A stretch of 64,000 nt of DNA, taken from an uncultured bacterium (GTDB lineage Bacteria > Verrucomicrobiota > Verrucomicrobiia > Verrucomicrobiales > DEV007). The translations under genes and the position numbers were made by a program. The number at the start of each line of letters is the position of its first letter. Position 1 is the stretch's first letter. This document shows positions 20,016 through 32,500 of the stretch, piece by piece. The stretch covers positions 192,001 to 256,000 of the forward strand of contig CAXBMO010000005.1 in assembly GCA_963977015.1 (NCBI GenBank), read 5' to 3'. The notes under the pieces are model-generated. The model did no database searches and was not told the origin of the DNA. It worked only from the letters and a program-made list of their open reading frames with translations.

Positions 20016-21452
20016 TCAGGGTTCGTGACTCAACTCGCTCAACGGAAGCGGAAACTCCTTTACGACTTCACCGCTGATATCGACGCATTTGAACGTCAGG
20101 ACCGGATCGTCCGGACGAAAGTCGAAGTTCAGTTGTCCCCAGAAATTCCCCTTATTGTACGACCAAACCGCATTGGGGAAGGTCTTGTGAGTGTGTTGAT
20201 TGGTGACTTTAGCCGAAACAAACTCATAAAGGGGATACCCCTTCGGACGTTCGATCTTCCAGATATCCGAGCGATGCCGATCGCCTGAGATCAAAACCAA
20301 GCCGTTGATTTCCCGCTCTTCAATGAGGTCAAAAATCTCATCACGTTCGTCACGCGCCCAAGGACCGGCCCAGGAATCCTTGCCGCCTTTGTCCGCTCCA
20401 TCCGCCCACATCGTTCCGGAAGCGATCACCTTGAATTTGCCTTTCGCCGCCGCGAGCGATTCCAGAAGCCATTTCTTCTGATCCGGCCCCAACATCGTGT
20501 TGTCCTTTTTCTCCCGGTAAAAGCGACCATCCGTCATGAAAAAGTCAACGTCACCGAGCGAAAACGCATGCCAGGTTCCCGGCATCGTTTCTCCTCCGCC
20601 GTAGTGCGGATTGTTCCAATTTTGGCGAAACACGTTCCAGTTTGGCCGCTTCCACGGCGCATCCAAACCGGCCCCGCCCGATGAATCGTTCATCGCCATG
20701 TCGTGATCGTCCCAAACGGCATACATTCCCACGCTGTTGATGAGTTCGCGGTAGGCTGGGCTGAGGCAACGACGGTAGTAGAACAAGCGTTGCGCGCCAC
20801 GACGATGCTGCACGTCAATGTAGACGTTGTCACCGAGGCCGAGGTACGCGAGCGGGCGCTGTCGCGCCATGTTGCTCCACGCATATTCATTCGTCGGAAC
20901 GTAGCGCGAGCCCGAACCAAAGGTGACATGAAACTCGACCTTCTGCCCCCGTTCCGGCGCGGTTCGAAAATGAAACTCATCCCGTTGAATCGTTTTTCCA
21001 TTCACGTTCACGGAGTAGGTGTATTCGGTGAATGGCTTGAGGCCGTCGACCTTCACGACCGTGGTGAAGTCGTCCATCGCCTCCGTCTGAATCGTTTCCG
21101 AGGATTGCTCGCCAACCTTGACCTGAACCGTTGCCGCCCCCGCCGTGCGCAGCCAGAACTTCGCCGACGTTGGTTTGATATCGCCCAACATCGGTCCGTT
21201 GAAGAGCGTGAGATCGTGCTTCCCAATCAACTTGGCAAACGCCGGTTCAGCGAGAAGCTCAACCATGCCGCCCTCCGCTCCAAAGCGTCCGGTCTGCCCC
21301 TGCGCGTCGTTGCCGTAGAGCGCCTCGATCAGGTAGGGATCAAGATCTTTCATCATCGGATCTGTTTCACCTTGAGTGATGGGTTCCTTGGCAGGAGCGA
21401 TACTCCCCAAGGCGAGTATGAGAGAGGGAATCGTAAATCGAATGAGGTTCAT
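20016..21452 (-). CDS. Alkaline phosphatase D (PhoD) family metallophosphatase
   Basis: Signal peptide, GPMLGD, FRTAP, LGDNVYID, WDDHD, DGRFYR, MLGPDQKKWL, ISGDRH. Confidence 0.9.
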   Translation of the reverse strand: MNLIRFTIPSLILALGSIAPAKEPITQGETDPMMKDLDPYLIEALYGNDAQGQTGRFGAEGGMVELLAEPAFAKLIGKHDLTLFNGPMLGDIKPTSAKFWLRTAGAATVQVKVGEQSSETIQTEAMDDFTTVVKVDGLKPFTEYTYSVNVNGKTIQRDEFHFRTAPERGQKVEFHVTFGSGSRYVPTNEYAWSNMARQRPLAYLGLGDNVYIDVQHRRGAQRLFYYRRCLSPAYRELINSVGMYAVWDDHDMAMNDSSGGAGLDAPWKRPNWNVFRQNWNNPHYGGGETMPGTWHAFSLGDVDFFMTDGRFYREKKDNTMLGPDQKKWLLESLAAAKGKFKVIASGTMWADGADKGGKDSWAGPWARDERDEIFDLIEEREINGLVLISGDRHRSDIWKIERPKGYPLYEFVSAKVTNQHTHKTFPNAVWSYNKGNFWGQLNFDFRPDDPVLTFKCVDISGEVVKEFPLPLSELSHEP

Positions 21453-21502
21453 TGATGGAATCGTGGGTTCGAAATTTCGAAGCGACCTATTGAGGGAAGA
21501 AT

Positions 21503-23077
21503 CTACTCCTTCAATTTCGCAATCAGATAGCCCTTGGTCGACTCGTGCGTTGCGTCCTCCGCGCCGGGAAAATACAACTCGCAGGTGACGCCGTTCGCCT
21601 CACAATGCTCCTGCAGTTTCACCCCGAAATTCGCGGAATGCGTTGGATCCGGTTCCTCCTGACCGAGCTGCGGAGGCCTCCCGTAGGAGAGATAGACCGG
21701 TGGATCGTCGCTGCTGACATTGGCATAGGGCGAAAACTCTGCGATCCAGGGCAAAATCTCGTCGCGCTGGTCATGGAACTTCGAAAAATCAGAGATGCCA
21801 AAAGCATGACCGCCGTAGCGGCTGTTCGGGGTCCACTCCCTCATCTGTTTGGGATCGAGCGTGGTCTGGGCTCCGCTTACCGCCGCGCACCAGAGGCGGG
21901 TAGATTCGCGAGCCACCGGATCGTCGCTATCGGGGTCCGCGAGATCGGAGTGAAAGGCCAGCCAAAGCGACGAACACGCTCCCGCCGATCCTCCCGAGGC
22001 TCCAATGCGCTCCTTGTCGATGTTCCACTCGACCGCGTTGCTCCGAACAAACTGAAGGGCCCGGGCCGCATCATGCAGCGGACCTTTCACCGGAGGAACC
22101 ACGCCATCAGCCGTTGCTTCGGGAATGAATCGATACTCCACCGATGCCACGGAAATTCCCGCGTCGAGAAAATCGTTCAACGATGCGGCGAGCCCGCTCA
22201 ACCTTCCTCCTCCCATCCATCCTCCACCGTGAATGAAGAGAAGAAGCGGTGTCGGCGTTTCAGACTCCGCCTTCCAGAAATGGATCCGCTGCTTCAGATG
22301 CGGGCCGTAGGCGACATCATAGTGAGTCGGGTTGGGCAGCGGACGCCTGGCGGAAAGTCCCTTGGCTTCGTTTTCGGGAATCTCGCGAACAAAGATGTTT
22401 CGCCAACGAATCTCTCCACCGTGGGTTTGCAGCATGACCGGACCTTTCGCAGGCAACGGCAGGCTGCGATCCCAGTAATTCTCCATCACCGCACCTTCCA
22501 CCACCGCCCTGTTGTTCAGCCAAACCCAGGTTCGCGCGCCCACCTGAATAATCCGAAACGTGTTCCATTGCCCGAAAGGTCTGTCGGCTCGCATGATCGG
22601 ATCGCGCCCCAACGTGTCCGGTGTGTTGTTGAAGAGGCCCCCCGAACCGAGATGAGGGCGACGGGTCGGCTTGTCAGGATTGAATTCCTGATGGTGATCC
22701 CAGATTTGGACCTGCGGAGTTCCCCGGAGATAAATTCCGCTGTCGGCACCAGCCACCGTCTTGTATTCGAGGAGCAGCTCAAAATCGCCGAACTCCTCGT
22801 CGGTCGTGGCATAGGGGCCGTGCCCGTCATTGACCAGTTCTCCATTTTCAACCCTCCAATTTTTGGAGAACTCCTCCCTCATTTCCTGGAGCTTGGCCTC
22901 TCGTTTCTCCCCTTCGAGCTTGGCGACCTGGTGCGGATTGAGCCCGTGCCAGCCGGAAAGATCCTTGCCATTGAAGATTGCCCGAAAATTCTTCGGAGGT
23001 TGCGGTTCCTCCGCCGCAGTCGTCTGAAATGCCAACACGGCAACCAGCAGGACAATTGATGAAAGTGGGGTTTTCAT
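21503..23077 (-). CDS. DUF1080 (3-keto-disaccharide hydrolase) domain fused to an alpha/beta hydrolase
   Basis: IFNGKDLSGW, DSGIYLRG, QIWD, GQWN, LQTHGGEIRWRNIFVRE, then IHGGGW, VEYRF, GGSAG, DDPP, PTHS. Confidence 0.9.
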   Translation of the reverse strand: MKTPLSSIVLLVAVLAFQTTAAEEPQPPKNFRAIFNGKDLSGWHGLNPHQVAKLEGEKREAKLQEMREEFSKNWRVENGELVNDGHGPYATTDEEFGDFELLLEYKTVAGADSGIYLRGTPQVQIWDHHQEFNPDKPTRRPHLGSGGLFNNTPDTLGRDPIMRADRPFGQWNTFRIIQVGARTWVWLNNRAVVEGAVMENYWDRSLPLPAKGPVMLQTHGGEIRWRNIFVREIPENEAKGLSARRPLPNPTHYDVAYGPHLKQRIHFWKAESETPTPLLLFIHGGGWMGGGRLSGLAASLNDFLDAGISVASVEYRFIPEATADGVVPPVKGPLHDAARALQFVRSNAVEWNIDKERIGASGGSAGACSSLWLAFHSDLADPDSDDPVARESTRLWCAAVSGAQTTLDPKQMREWTPNSRYGGHAFGISDFSKFHDQRDEILPWIAEFSPYANVSSDDPPVYLSYGRPPQLGQEEPDPTHSANFGVKLQEHCEANGVTCELYFPGAEDATHESTKGYLIAKLKE

Positions 23078-23249
23078 AAGCAGCTACTGATACCGAGATT
23101 CGCCATCTCGTCGAACTCAAGAATTTTGCGTCCCCCGCGGTCCAAAAATCAGGTTCCCAACTCTTTTCCATCCAAACAGCGCAAATTCTGCACAGACTTC
23201 CCACAAGATAGGCGCAGCACGGCCCCTCCAACCATGGTTTGCTCCGGAC

Positions 23250-23495
23250 ATGCCCATCCAACATCACTCCCTCATCACCGAATTTCCAGATCACCGCGAA
23301 ACCATCCACTCTCTGAAACAGAACGATAACCACTTCCGCAATCTGATGGAGAAGCACGAAGAGATCGACAAGGAAATCGTCCGGATGGAAGAAGGCATCG
23401 AAACTCCGGAAGACGCCGTCGTCACCGAACTCAAGAAGGTACGTCTCGATCTGAAAGACGAGATTCTCTCGATGTTGATCAAGGCCGAGAGCTGA
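23250..23495 (+). CDS. YdcH/DUF465 family protein
   Basis: HSLITEFP...IHSLKQNDNHF..L.....EIDKEI.RME........LKK.RL.LKDEI pattern. Confidence 0.85.
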   Translation: MPIQHHSLITEFPDHRETIHSLKQNDNHFRNLMEKHEEIDKEIVRMEEGIETPEDAVVTELKKVRLDLKDEILSMLIKAES

Positions 23496-23549
23496 CATTT
23501 CGCCCGCTCACATCCCCCAAAAAAGCGACTCCGGGCACCAACCCGCTCT

Positions 23550-26500
23550 CTACATCGTGGGCGCATTCAACTGCGCCATTCCCTCCTCCGGGCTGGTCGC
23601 ATCGATGATCATTCCATAGATGTCTCCCAAGTTCAGTCCCTCTTCATCGGTCAATCCAGGCAAGATCCCGCCACGGAATGTTCCGACCCGGAAGATCGCA
23701 TTGTCCTGGCTGAAGATTCCGCTGATCTCCGGAACCTCCGTGATCGTGATCGAATAAGCCCGATCTCCCAGCTCGATTCCCGGCATCGCAATCGTCCAAT
23801 TCCCCGCCGCATCAGCGGTCACCGACATCGTGTGGCTGAAGCCGCCAGCTCCATCGCTGATCGTCACCACAATCTGTGATCCATATCCTGACGTTCCGGC
23901 AAAGAACGGTGTAAGCGAGAACATCGGCGGCAAGGTCGGCAACACGCTGGCATCGCCAGCTTCCTGATTGCTCAAATTCAGCCGTATCGCTTGGCCATCC
24001 GGTCCAATCAATTGCCCGTTCAGGAATTGGTAACCGCTTGCCCCATCCGCCGCATCAATCTGGAATCCAGCGAACACGCCGTCATCGCCGTATCGGCTCA
24101 GCACTTCCAGAATCTGGGCCAGTTCGCCGTCGACTCCGGCACCGGTTCCACCATCTGGTAACGTGGAGGCCTGTGTCCCGGCGGTTGCGGCCGGGTCGTT
24201 TTGCGCATCGGTTTCGACGCCTTTCTGGATGACGGTGTTGACCAGCGAGTTGCTCTGATCGACTCCGTCCTGCAGCACCACCGAGATGCTTCGCGCGCCC
24301 GGTGTCGGGTTGCTCCCGTTCTTGTTGATGTATACCACGCTGCGTAGGGCTCGCTCCATCGCGGTCACACTGACTCCTCCCGGCCCGGCACTGATCAAGA
24401 GGGTTCCGCTGGCCCGATCCCAGGTTTGCGTCATGTTCGAGCCCAATCCCAGCGAGGTAAGCTGGTCTTCACCCGGAATGTAGCGCCCGGCAAACTGCAC
24501 CACCGCTTCGGTCACGAGAATCGCGTCCCGAATGATCAAGTCCGGGAACACCGCGATCGGCCCCTGCCCCACCCCATGCGTCAGCAACGCCCCATTGGTG
24601 CCCGCAAGCGAAGGCACCAGGTCGTCGGACTCGATGCTGTTGAAGTGCACTGGCGCAAACCCGGTCGCGGTGTAAGTGCCGAACGAGGCTCCCGTTCCAT
24701 CGATCCCGCTGCTGGCCAGGCTCATGTCCTCCAGCAACAACAGGGCATCGCCAGGCAGCGTCTTCGGATCGCCACCTCTCACCGTAATCTCGGTAATCGC
24801 ACTCGGCTGAACCCGGAACAGGTCCGGGTCTTCGCCGCCGCTGATGATCGCCGCTGCGGCATCGACCTGGCCAAAGAATTGCACGATCACGCCGGTTCCA
24901 TCCGACACGCCCTGGTCCAGGCTGATCTCCACGTTGCCCGCGGCATTCAGATTGGCTGCCGCATCGAATAGGAGTGTTCCATCGGCGCTCAGGAAAATTC
25001 CGCCACCGGTGGACGTCAGGGTGACGCCTGTTCCGATGTTCAGATCACCCGTGGTGGACGTGGCGGTGAGATCTCCGCCGGTCGTGGAATCGCGGAAGAC
25101 GATTCCGGTGGTGTTGACGATCGTCGCCGTGCCCGAAGCATTGAGCGCAATCGAGCCGCTCACATCCAGTTGATTGGTGATGATGTTGCCGTTGCTCGTG
25201 GTCAAATCAACCGTTCCCGAGATCGAAACCGTTCCGCTGTCGGTGATGTCTCCGGTGGAGGAGGTGACGTCCAGGTTTCCGGAAATCGTGGATGCTCCCA
25301 GATCAATTCCGTTGGCATCGACCAGGGTCACGTCTTGAGCGCTCACGATCGAAACCGCGCCCGTGAAGTCGTTGCCGACGTTGCTCAGATCGATGTTGTC
25401 GGTTCCCACCGCCAGAGCCGTGGTTCCGTCCACATCCAAACCGGCACTTTGCCCAATACCGCCAGTGGTGGCCGTCGCCGCCAGGTTCCCGCCAACGTTG
25501 GTCGCCTTAAAGTCGATCGCCGTTGCGTTCACGATCGTTGCGTCGCTGTCGGCACCGGTCGTGCTCAGCCCGATCAAACCGGTCACCGCCAGTTGATTCA
25601 CATTGATATCCGCATCGTTGACCGTGGTCGTGAACTGGGCTGCGCCGCCCACCGTCGTGGTTCCGGAATCGGTGATGTTGTCGTTGTTGACGATCTGCAA
25701 ATCGTTCCCGGCATTGATCCCGGCCGCCCCAATATCCAAGGCACCCATGTTCGCGACATAGAAATCCGTGCCCGACGAGCCCGCCAAAGTCGCGACCTGC
25801 GTTTCCAGCGGATCGGCGACCGTGCCCACATTGAGCGCCGCGTTCAACACCGCGCTCGCCGCGACCACTTCTTTATCGGTATCGCCGCCGTCCAGAATCG
25901 AACCACTCGCGGAATCGATCGTCACCGCCGCCGTCGTCACCAATCCACCCAGGGTGATGTCGCCTACGGCATCAACATCGACGTTACCGCCACCGGCATC
26001 AATCAGCGCGCCATCAGCCATCACGATATCCCCAGCGCCGCCAGTGGACGCCTCGATCTTCACCGTGCCGCCCGTCGAATTCACGTCCGAATCCGCCCCG
26101 AAGGTGATGTGGTCATCGGAGGCGATGGTGACGTTGCCACTTCCGCTGGTCACGATCGAGTTGATCTCGGTTCCGACATTGCCCCCCGCCAAATCAGGCG
26201 TGTTGGCGTGTCCGGAGATGGAGATATTTCCGATTCCGCTCGCCACCACCGCTGCGGTGGTTCCGGTGGACAATTCCACCCCGTCTTCGCCACTTCCGGT
26301 GATGCTGATGTCGCCATCGACCACCGAAACCACGGAATCGGCACCCGTGATCTGCACGCCTTCTCCGTCGGCATCGCTTCCACCCGTGCCGTCGATCGTG
26401 ATTCTGGCCGAATTGGTACCAACCACTGACCCGCCAGCTTGGATGCGCACACCATCATTGTTGGTCGAACCATCATTCGGATGACCTCCAGCCACACCGT

Positions 26501-29500
26501 TGATCGTGATCAGCCCGCCACTGGAAGAGATGGCAGCCGCCGTGCCCGACACCATCACTCCGATGTTGCCGTCACCGTCGTTCCTGCTGCCGCCACCAAA
26601 TCCCGTCAGGGTGATCGTGGCCGACCCGGATGAATTGACGGCGCCCTCTACAAAAATACCGTGGTTGCTATTGGTGTTAGCCCGGGCACCGCCACCTCCT
26701 TGTCCCTCCATGACAATGGCGCCGTCCACGCTGGTGACACTACCGCTGGAGTTGAGATGGATGCCGTAGTTGTTGAGGTGGGACGTTCCTGCACTGCCGT
26801 AGATATCAACCGCCCCCCCGGTTCCGGTCGCCTGGACGGTTCCGGAAATTTGCACTCCGGTATTCTCATCCGTATTGCTGCGCTGGAGGCCGCCTTCGCC
26901 ATCGATATCAATCTCGCCGGTCACCGTTTCCACCACCGTGTCAGCGCCGATCACTACACCCCGACTTTCGTTCGCATTGTCGTTCTGACCGTAGCCACCG
27001 GTTCCGTCCAGCGTCACCGTTCCATTGGTTGAAGCGACTCTCGTCCCGGCATCGGCAAGCACAACTCCGTGATGATCGTTGTCGTCCGTATCCCCGGAAC
27101 CAAGGCCAGCCAACGTCACGTTTCCATCCGTGGACGTCACCGTCGAGCCTCCTGCCAACAAAACACCATGGCGGAAACTGCCGGTTCCGCTATCGGCTCC
27201 TTCGCCCGTCAAAACGATGTTGCCGCTCGTGGTTGTGATGTCCGCGTCACTGAGTTCGATCCCAACAAATCCACCATCGCCGTTTCCGGTGGCCGTCAGC
27301 GTCACCGCGCCATCGTTGGTGGTGATGCCAGAGCCTGCATTCATCGCGATGGCCCGGTCCGCGTTCACGATCACTCCGCCAGAACCCGCGCTTTGATCAA
27401 TCTGCGCGTTGGCCGCAAAGACGACGTCATCGGCAGTTATGGTGATGTCGCCGCTCAGGCCGAGCGATCCGTTGCTCGTGCTCACCGTCACCGTGTCATC
27501 GTTTTCCACGCCGGGTGTTGTGGTATCCGGCCCGGTCGTGTCGATCGTGAGGCTGGTGATGCCACCGGTGATCTGGTTGGCATCGATCACCACCGTCTGC
27601 GCATTCGGCCGCGTTACCTGGGCGTTGGTCAGGCCCGTGGTATTCAACACCAGCGCCGTATTCGCTGTTTCCTGAATCGTGTAGGTATTGGTCGCCGCAT
27701 CGTAGCTGATGCTCAGCGTGTCGGTCGAATCGTTGGTGCTATCGGTGATGCTCAGCGCATTGCCCACCAAGGCGACGTTGGTCTCTGCTTGCCCGGCAAA
27801 AAGGACCACGTCATTTCCGTCACCACCGGCATAACTGATGATGTAACTATCGCCGTCGTCATCCATCACCGTTGCGCCTTCTGGCAACCCGGCAAAGGTG
27901 CCGATCACCACGTCGGTGCCATCGTTGCTGATCAGGGTAACGGTGGAACCTGGGGTGACACCGCCCGCGACACCCACTGCATCGCTGATCTCGGTCAGGG
28001 TCAACGTGCCGCCGACCGTCACCGTTCCGTCACCAGTCGTTCCGGTCACGCTGAGCAGGTCCGCGCTGGTGTCTCCATTGATCTGGAACTCAAAGTCACC
28101 GCTCAAATTCACATCATTGTCGTCACCAACCGTCAGGGTGCCCACTCCGCTGGCCACATCCGGTTCGCCCGGAGCGACTTCGCCGGTCGTCGAGATCACC
28201 TCACCAACAATCGTCCCCGTTCCGCCTAACGAACCGCCAATCACCGTCGTCTCCGCCGTGGTCGTGCCGTTCACCAGCACCACACCGTCGTTCACCTCCA
28301 CGCCATCCTGCAACTCGTTGGTCCCGTTCAGGGTCAGGGTTCCGGCGCCGTTCATCACCAGTTGGTTGTCCCGCACGTTGGTACTTTGCAGCAGGCCGGT
28401 GTTGGCAAAGGCGACAAAGCCCACCACTTCGTCGGCGTGGCTGGTTTCGGTGTCGCCAGAACGATCTTCGTCGGTGAAGACATTGACCCCATTGCCGTTG
28501 TAACGAAAACGCAGCCCGGACGGATCGACGCCGTCGATGGTCTGCTGGTCGCCGATAAAGATGGGCGGTGCGCTGTAGGCGTTCTGCAGCGTCACACCGA
28601 AATTCGAGTGCGTCACCGCATTCGGCGTCGTGCCGGCTTCGAAGAGTAACCCGGCTCCCGTGGTCGCCCCCGCCGCTGCGGTCGGACTAATGGCGATGTA
28701 ACCCACCGTCTCGTTCACGGAATGCTGCGCCTGGCCCTCAGCTTGTTCGAGGAAGAAGCTGAATCCGTTTGCATTGACGCCGGCACGGTGCCGTGGCTTG
28801 ACGAAACTCGCATCGTTCTGACTCATCAACTGGGTCATCGCAACCGGAGTCGTGGCAAATACGCCCGCTCCGAAACTGACCGATTCGTCCGTGCTGCCGG
28901 AGACGCTGACCGTGCCGGCTTGGATGACCGTCCCATCGTCCAGCGTGTAGGTACCGGCCTCAACCACCAGGAAGTTCACCGTCTCCTCCGCAGGCGGGTT
29001 CGTGTTGTTCGCGCCCGGAGGAACGTCGAGCTGAATCTGGAAGGTGCCCGCACCGGCATCCACATTGAAGATGCGCACCTCAACCACGTTGGGATCGGCG
29101 CCACCAGTCCCACTGCCCTGCTCGGCCAATGCGACGATGACCGGGTTCACGTAAGTTCCCGCGAAGTTCACCGTCTGCGCGGTGCCGCCCACGTTCAGAA
29201 CCTGGCCGACTTCACCCAGATCGGCATATTCCGCCACGGTGGAAGCGATGTTCCCGTTCACCACAGTGTCGCCGTCACCTGCGGCCAATATTCCGGCCTG
29301 CTGCAGGTTGACGTTCCCGTTCACCGTCAGGGTGTCGTCCACGGTGGAAGACAGGAGGCGCAAATCCCCCTGCACCCCAAGTTGCACATCGATCAGTCCT
29401 TCCACGAAGTTGTCGCCGCTGAGGTTTTCGATCGTGGCGTCACCCGTGCCGTCGAATAGGAGAGAGATCGTCTCGTGAGCCGGAATCGTGATGCCGCCGA

Positions 29501-32500
29501 TCAATCCCAGCGTTCCGCCGCTTTCGATGGTGACGTTGCCCGCGTCAGTCGTGCCGAGAGCATCGTTGTGCGCTGCAACCAGTCTCCCCTCGCGAATCGT
29601 GGTCTCGCCGGTGTACGTGTTGCCCGTCGTGCTGGCCAGGGTGAACGTGCCATTGCCGTCCTTGATCAGGTTGGCTCCGCCAGTGATATCTCCGGTCGCC
29701 TGTCCGGTAGCCCCGGCGACGTTCACCGTCAGGTCCTGATTCATCGTCACCGTGTTCGTCGTGTTGACGTTGAGGGCATTGAGCGTGGTGATGGAATCCA
29801 CCGAGACCGCATCGTTGTAGGTCTGGTCCCCGCTTGTGGTTACGGAAACCACCAGGTTCCCGGCTCCCGCCACGGCTGCGTAGTTGGCCCGCACCTGGCT
29901 TTCTTCCAAGGCCTGACCGTTATAGACGCGGAACAACCCAACCTGACCGTCGAAGCTCTCGGTGTTGGACTGGCCGTTGCCAATTCCACCGGTGTTGGCG
30001 CCACCACGCGTTCCCACGCCAGCCGGGTCGCTTCCCGACCAGTCGCCGCCGGCGGCAATGTCCGTGCCGACGGAGACCCCGTTGATAAAGAGTTCCAACT
30101 GATCCGTCGAGGTGTTGAAAGTGCCAATCGCCTGGATGAACTCACTAGTCGCCGGAGCGGTAAGCAGACCGAGGCTGTCCGTGTCCAGATTGTAAGCGAT
30201 GTTGCCACCGTTCGGCGCCTTGCGCAGGCGCAGTTCGTTGTTGTCGATAAAGAACCCGAACCCGGTGCCGCCGCCGTCCTCAAACAAGATCTGACCCTCA
30301 GGGGTGGAAGGCGTCAGATTATCCGGCTTGAACCAGATCTCGATGCTGACGTCCTCATCCGTCCAATCGCCCGGAGCGTTGGTGAAGGAAGCCTCCGTGG
30401 TACTACCCGAGATACTCAGCAACGCACCGGCTTCGTTCTCCGTCGCGCCACCGGGAAAGTCGTAAGCCGCAGTGATTCCAGGCAAGGAGCTAACGCCCGG
30501 TCCCTCCACTCGCGTCACGTTGCCGACAACCTGGAAATCCAGCCCACTGATTCCCGTCTGATCGTCCCAACGATCAAAATCCTGGAACGCGCCTGAAGAA
30601 ACGTTGACGTAGTATTCCGTGCCCGCAGTCAGGTCGGAAGCCGGATCGATTGTTACCGTCGCACCGCTGATGGTCACGATTGCGTCGCTCACGTCGATCG
30701 TCTCCACCACCGAATCATCCGAAGCCAGGTGAATCGTGATCGTTCCCGCGCCCTTCTGCACGGCTTCGTCGAAGGTCATCTCAAGGTTCGCGCCGACCGC
30801 CACGCCATCCGCATCATTGGCAGGCGTCAGCGAAACCGCCAACGGAGCGGTCCGGTCCGCCGTCGCTGTGGTGAAGCTCCAGCTCGTTGTATCCACAATT
30901 CCCGCGAAGTCGTTCCCAGCAATGTCCCGGATCGCCCCCGTGCCGATGTTCACGTAGAACTCCGTCCCTGCGGCGAGACCGGTTGGCGGATCGACGGTCA
31001 CGGTGGCGCCGTTCACCGAAACCGCCGCATCGTTCACATCGATGGTCTGGACGACGGAATCGTCCGAGGCCAGGTGAATCGTAATCGTCCCGGCAGCGCC
31101 TTTCTGCACGGCCTCGTCGAAGGCCAGTTCCAAATTCGAATCGGGGGCAACCGAGCCGGCGTCGTCAGCCGGATTCAACGTGTCGACCGTCGGAGCCGTG
31201 ACATCGTCGCCCGTTCCCGTGGTGAAACTCCACGTCGTCGTGTCCAAAATTCCGGCGAAGTCGTTCCCTGCCGTGTCGCGGATCGCTCCGGCGGCCACGT
31301 TGACGTAAAATGCCGTGCTCGCGGCCAGGTTGAGCGACGGGTCAATCTTGACCGTCCGCCCGGCCACCGTGACCAGACCTCCGGTCACATCGATCGTATC
31401 CACGACCGAGTCGTCCGCCGCGAGATGAATCGTGATGTTGCCGGTCCCTGCCTGAACGTCCTCGTCGAAGGTCAGCGCCAGGTTCGCGTTCGTGGCGACA
31501 TCGACTCCATCATCCGCCGGGCTCAGCGACTCCAGCGAAGGAGCCTGCGTGTCCACCGCGCCGGTCGTAGTGAAACGCCATGTGGTGGAGTCCCCAATCC
31601 CCGCGAAATCGTTACCGGTCGGATCCTGCGTCGCATCGGCCAGGAAATCCACCCCGTTAACAACTTCGGACAGGCCCAAGAACAAAGTGGTTCCGGCCGA
31701 GTCGGTCGTGATCGAGGCCAACCCAGTGTCGTTCGAAAGCAAATCAAGCGCGTCAGAGCCCACATCGGCGGCAAATTGCGTAACCGCGTCATTTGGGGTG
31801 TTGACGGTCAGATTGGCCGCCACGCCATCCACTGCATCGAGCGTGTTGGCGAAGAGCACGCGCGAGGTCGCGTCGCCATTCTGGGTGATGATCGAGTCCG
31901 TCCCCAGTAACACCGCGTCGTCAAAGCGGATCTCTCCCCCATCCGCTCCATTGGCGGTGATGTTCGCCGAAATCACGGTGTGGCCGTCGAAGTTGGTGGT
32001 CAGGTTACCCAGCTCGAAGTCGTCACCGACGTTGCCGGCGAACAAGGTTACCCCTCCTCCGGTCGTGTTCACCGTCAAATCCCGGTCGTGGTCCGCATCG
32101 CTGGAATCCAACTTGCCGTTGAAGGTGATGTTGTTTCCAGTCAACACCGCTTCGGTTTGCAACTGAACCGCTCCACCGAAAAGCTGATCACCCGTCGTGG
32201 TTACCTGGACGTTGTGATTCGCCACCTCCTCGTAATTGGCGAGAACCCCCGCCGCCCCGACCGAATTCGTATAGATGCGGAATTTGGCGATATCCCCGAT
32301 GAACGGCGTCGTAGCGAGACTGCCTTCAGCCGTCGCTCCATTTACCGCGCCCAACCCGGCACCATCCGAGCCTGCCCAGTCGTCGATCAAATTGGTGTCC
32401 GTGTCGTTGGACACGTCGTCAGTGGTCGTTGCAGTAATGTTATCATCGACAAAAACCCCGTCGATGTAGATCCTGAGAATGTCCCGGTTCGAATTGTCCC

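Noticed and set aside
16065-23059. Long antisense ORFs such as 16065..17534, 17802..19049 and 21545..23059
   Set aside because: They overlap well-supported genes on the other strand and show no family motifs.
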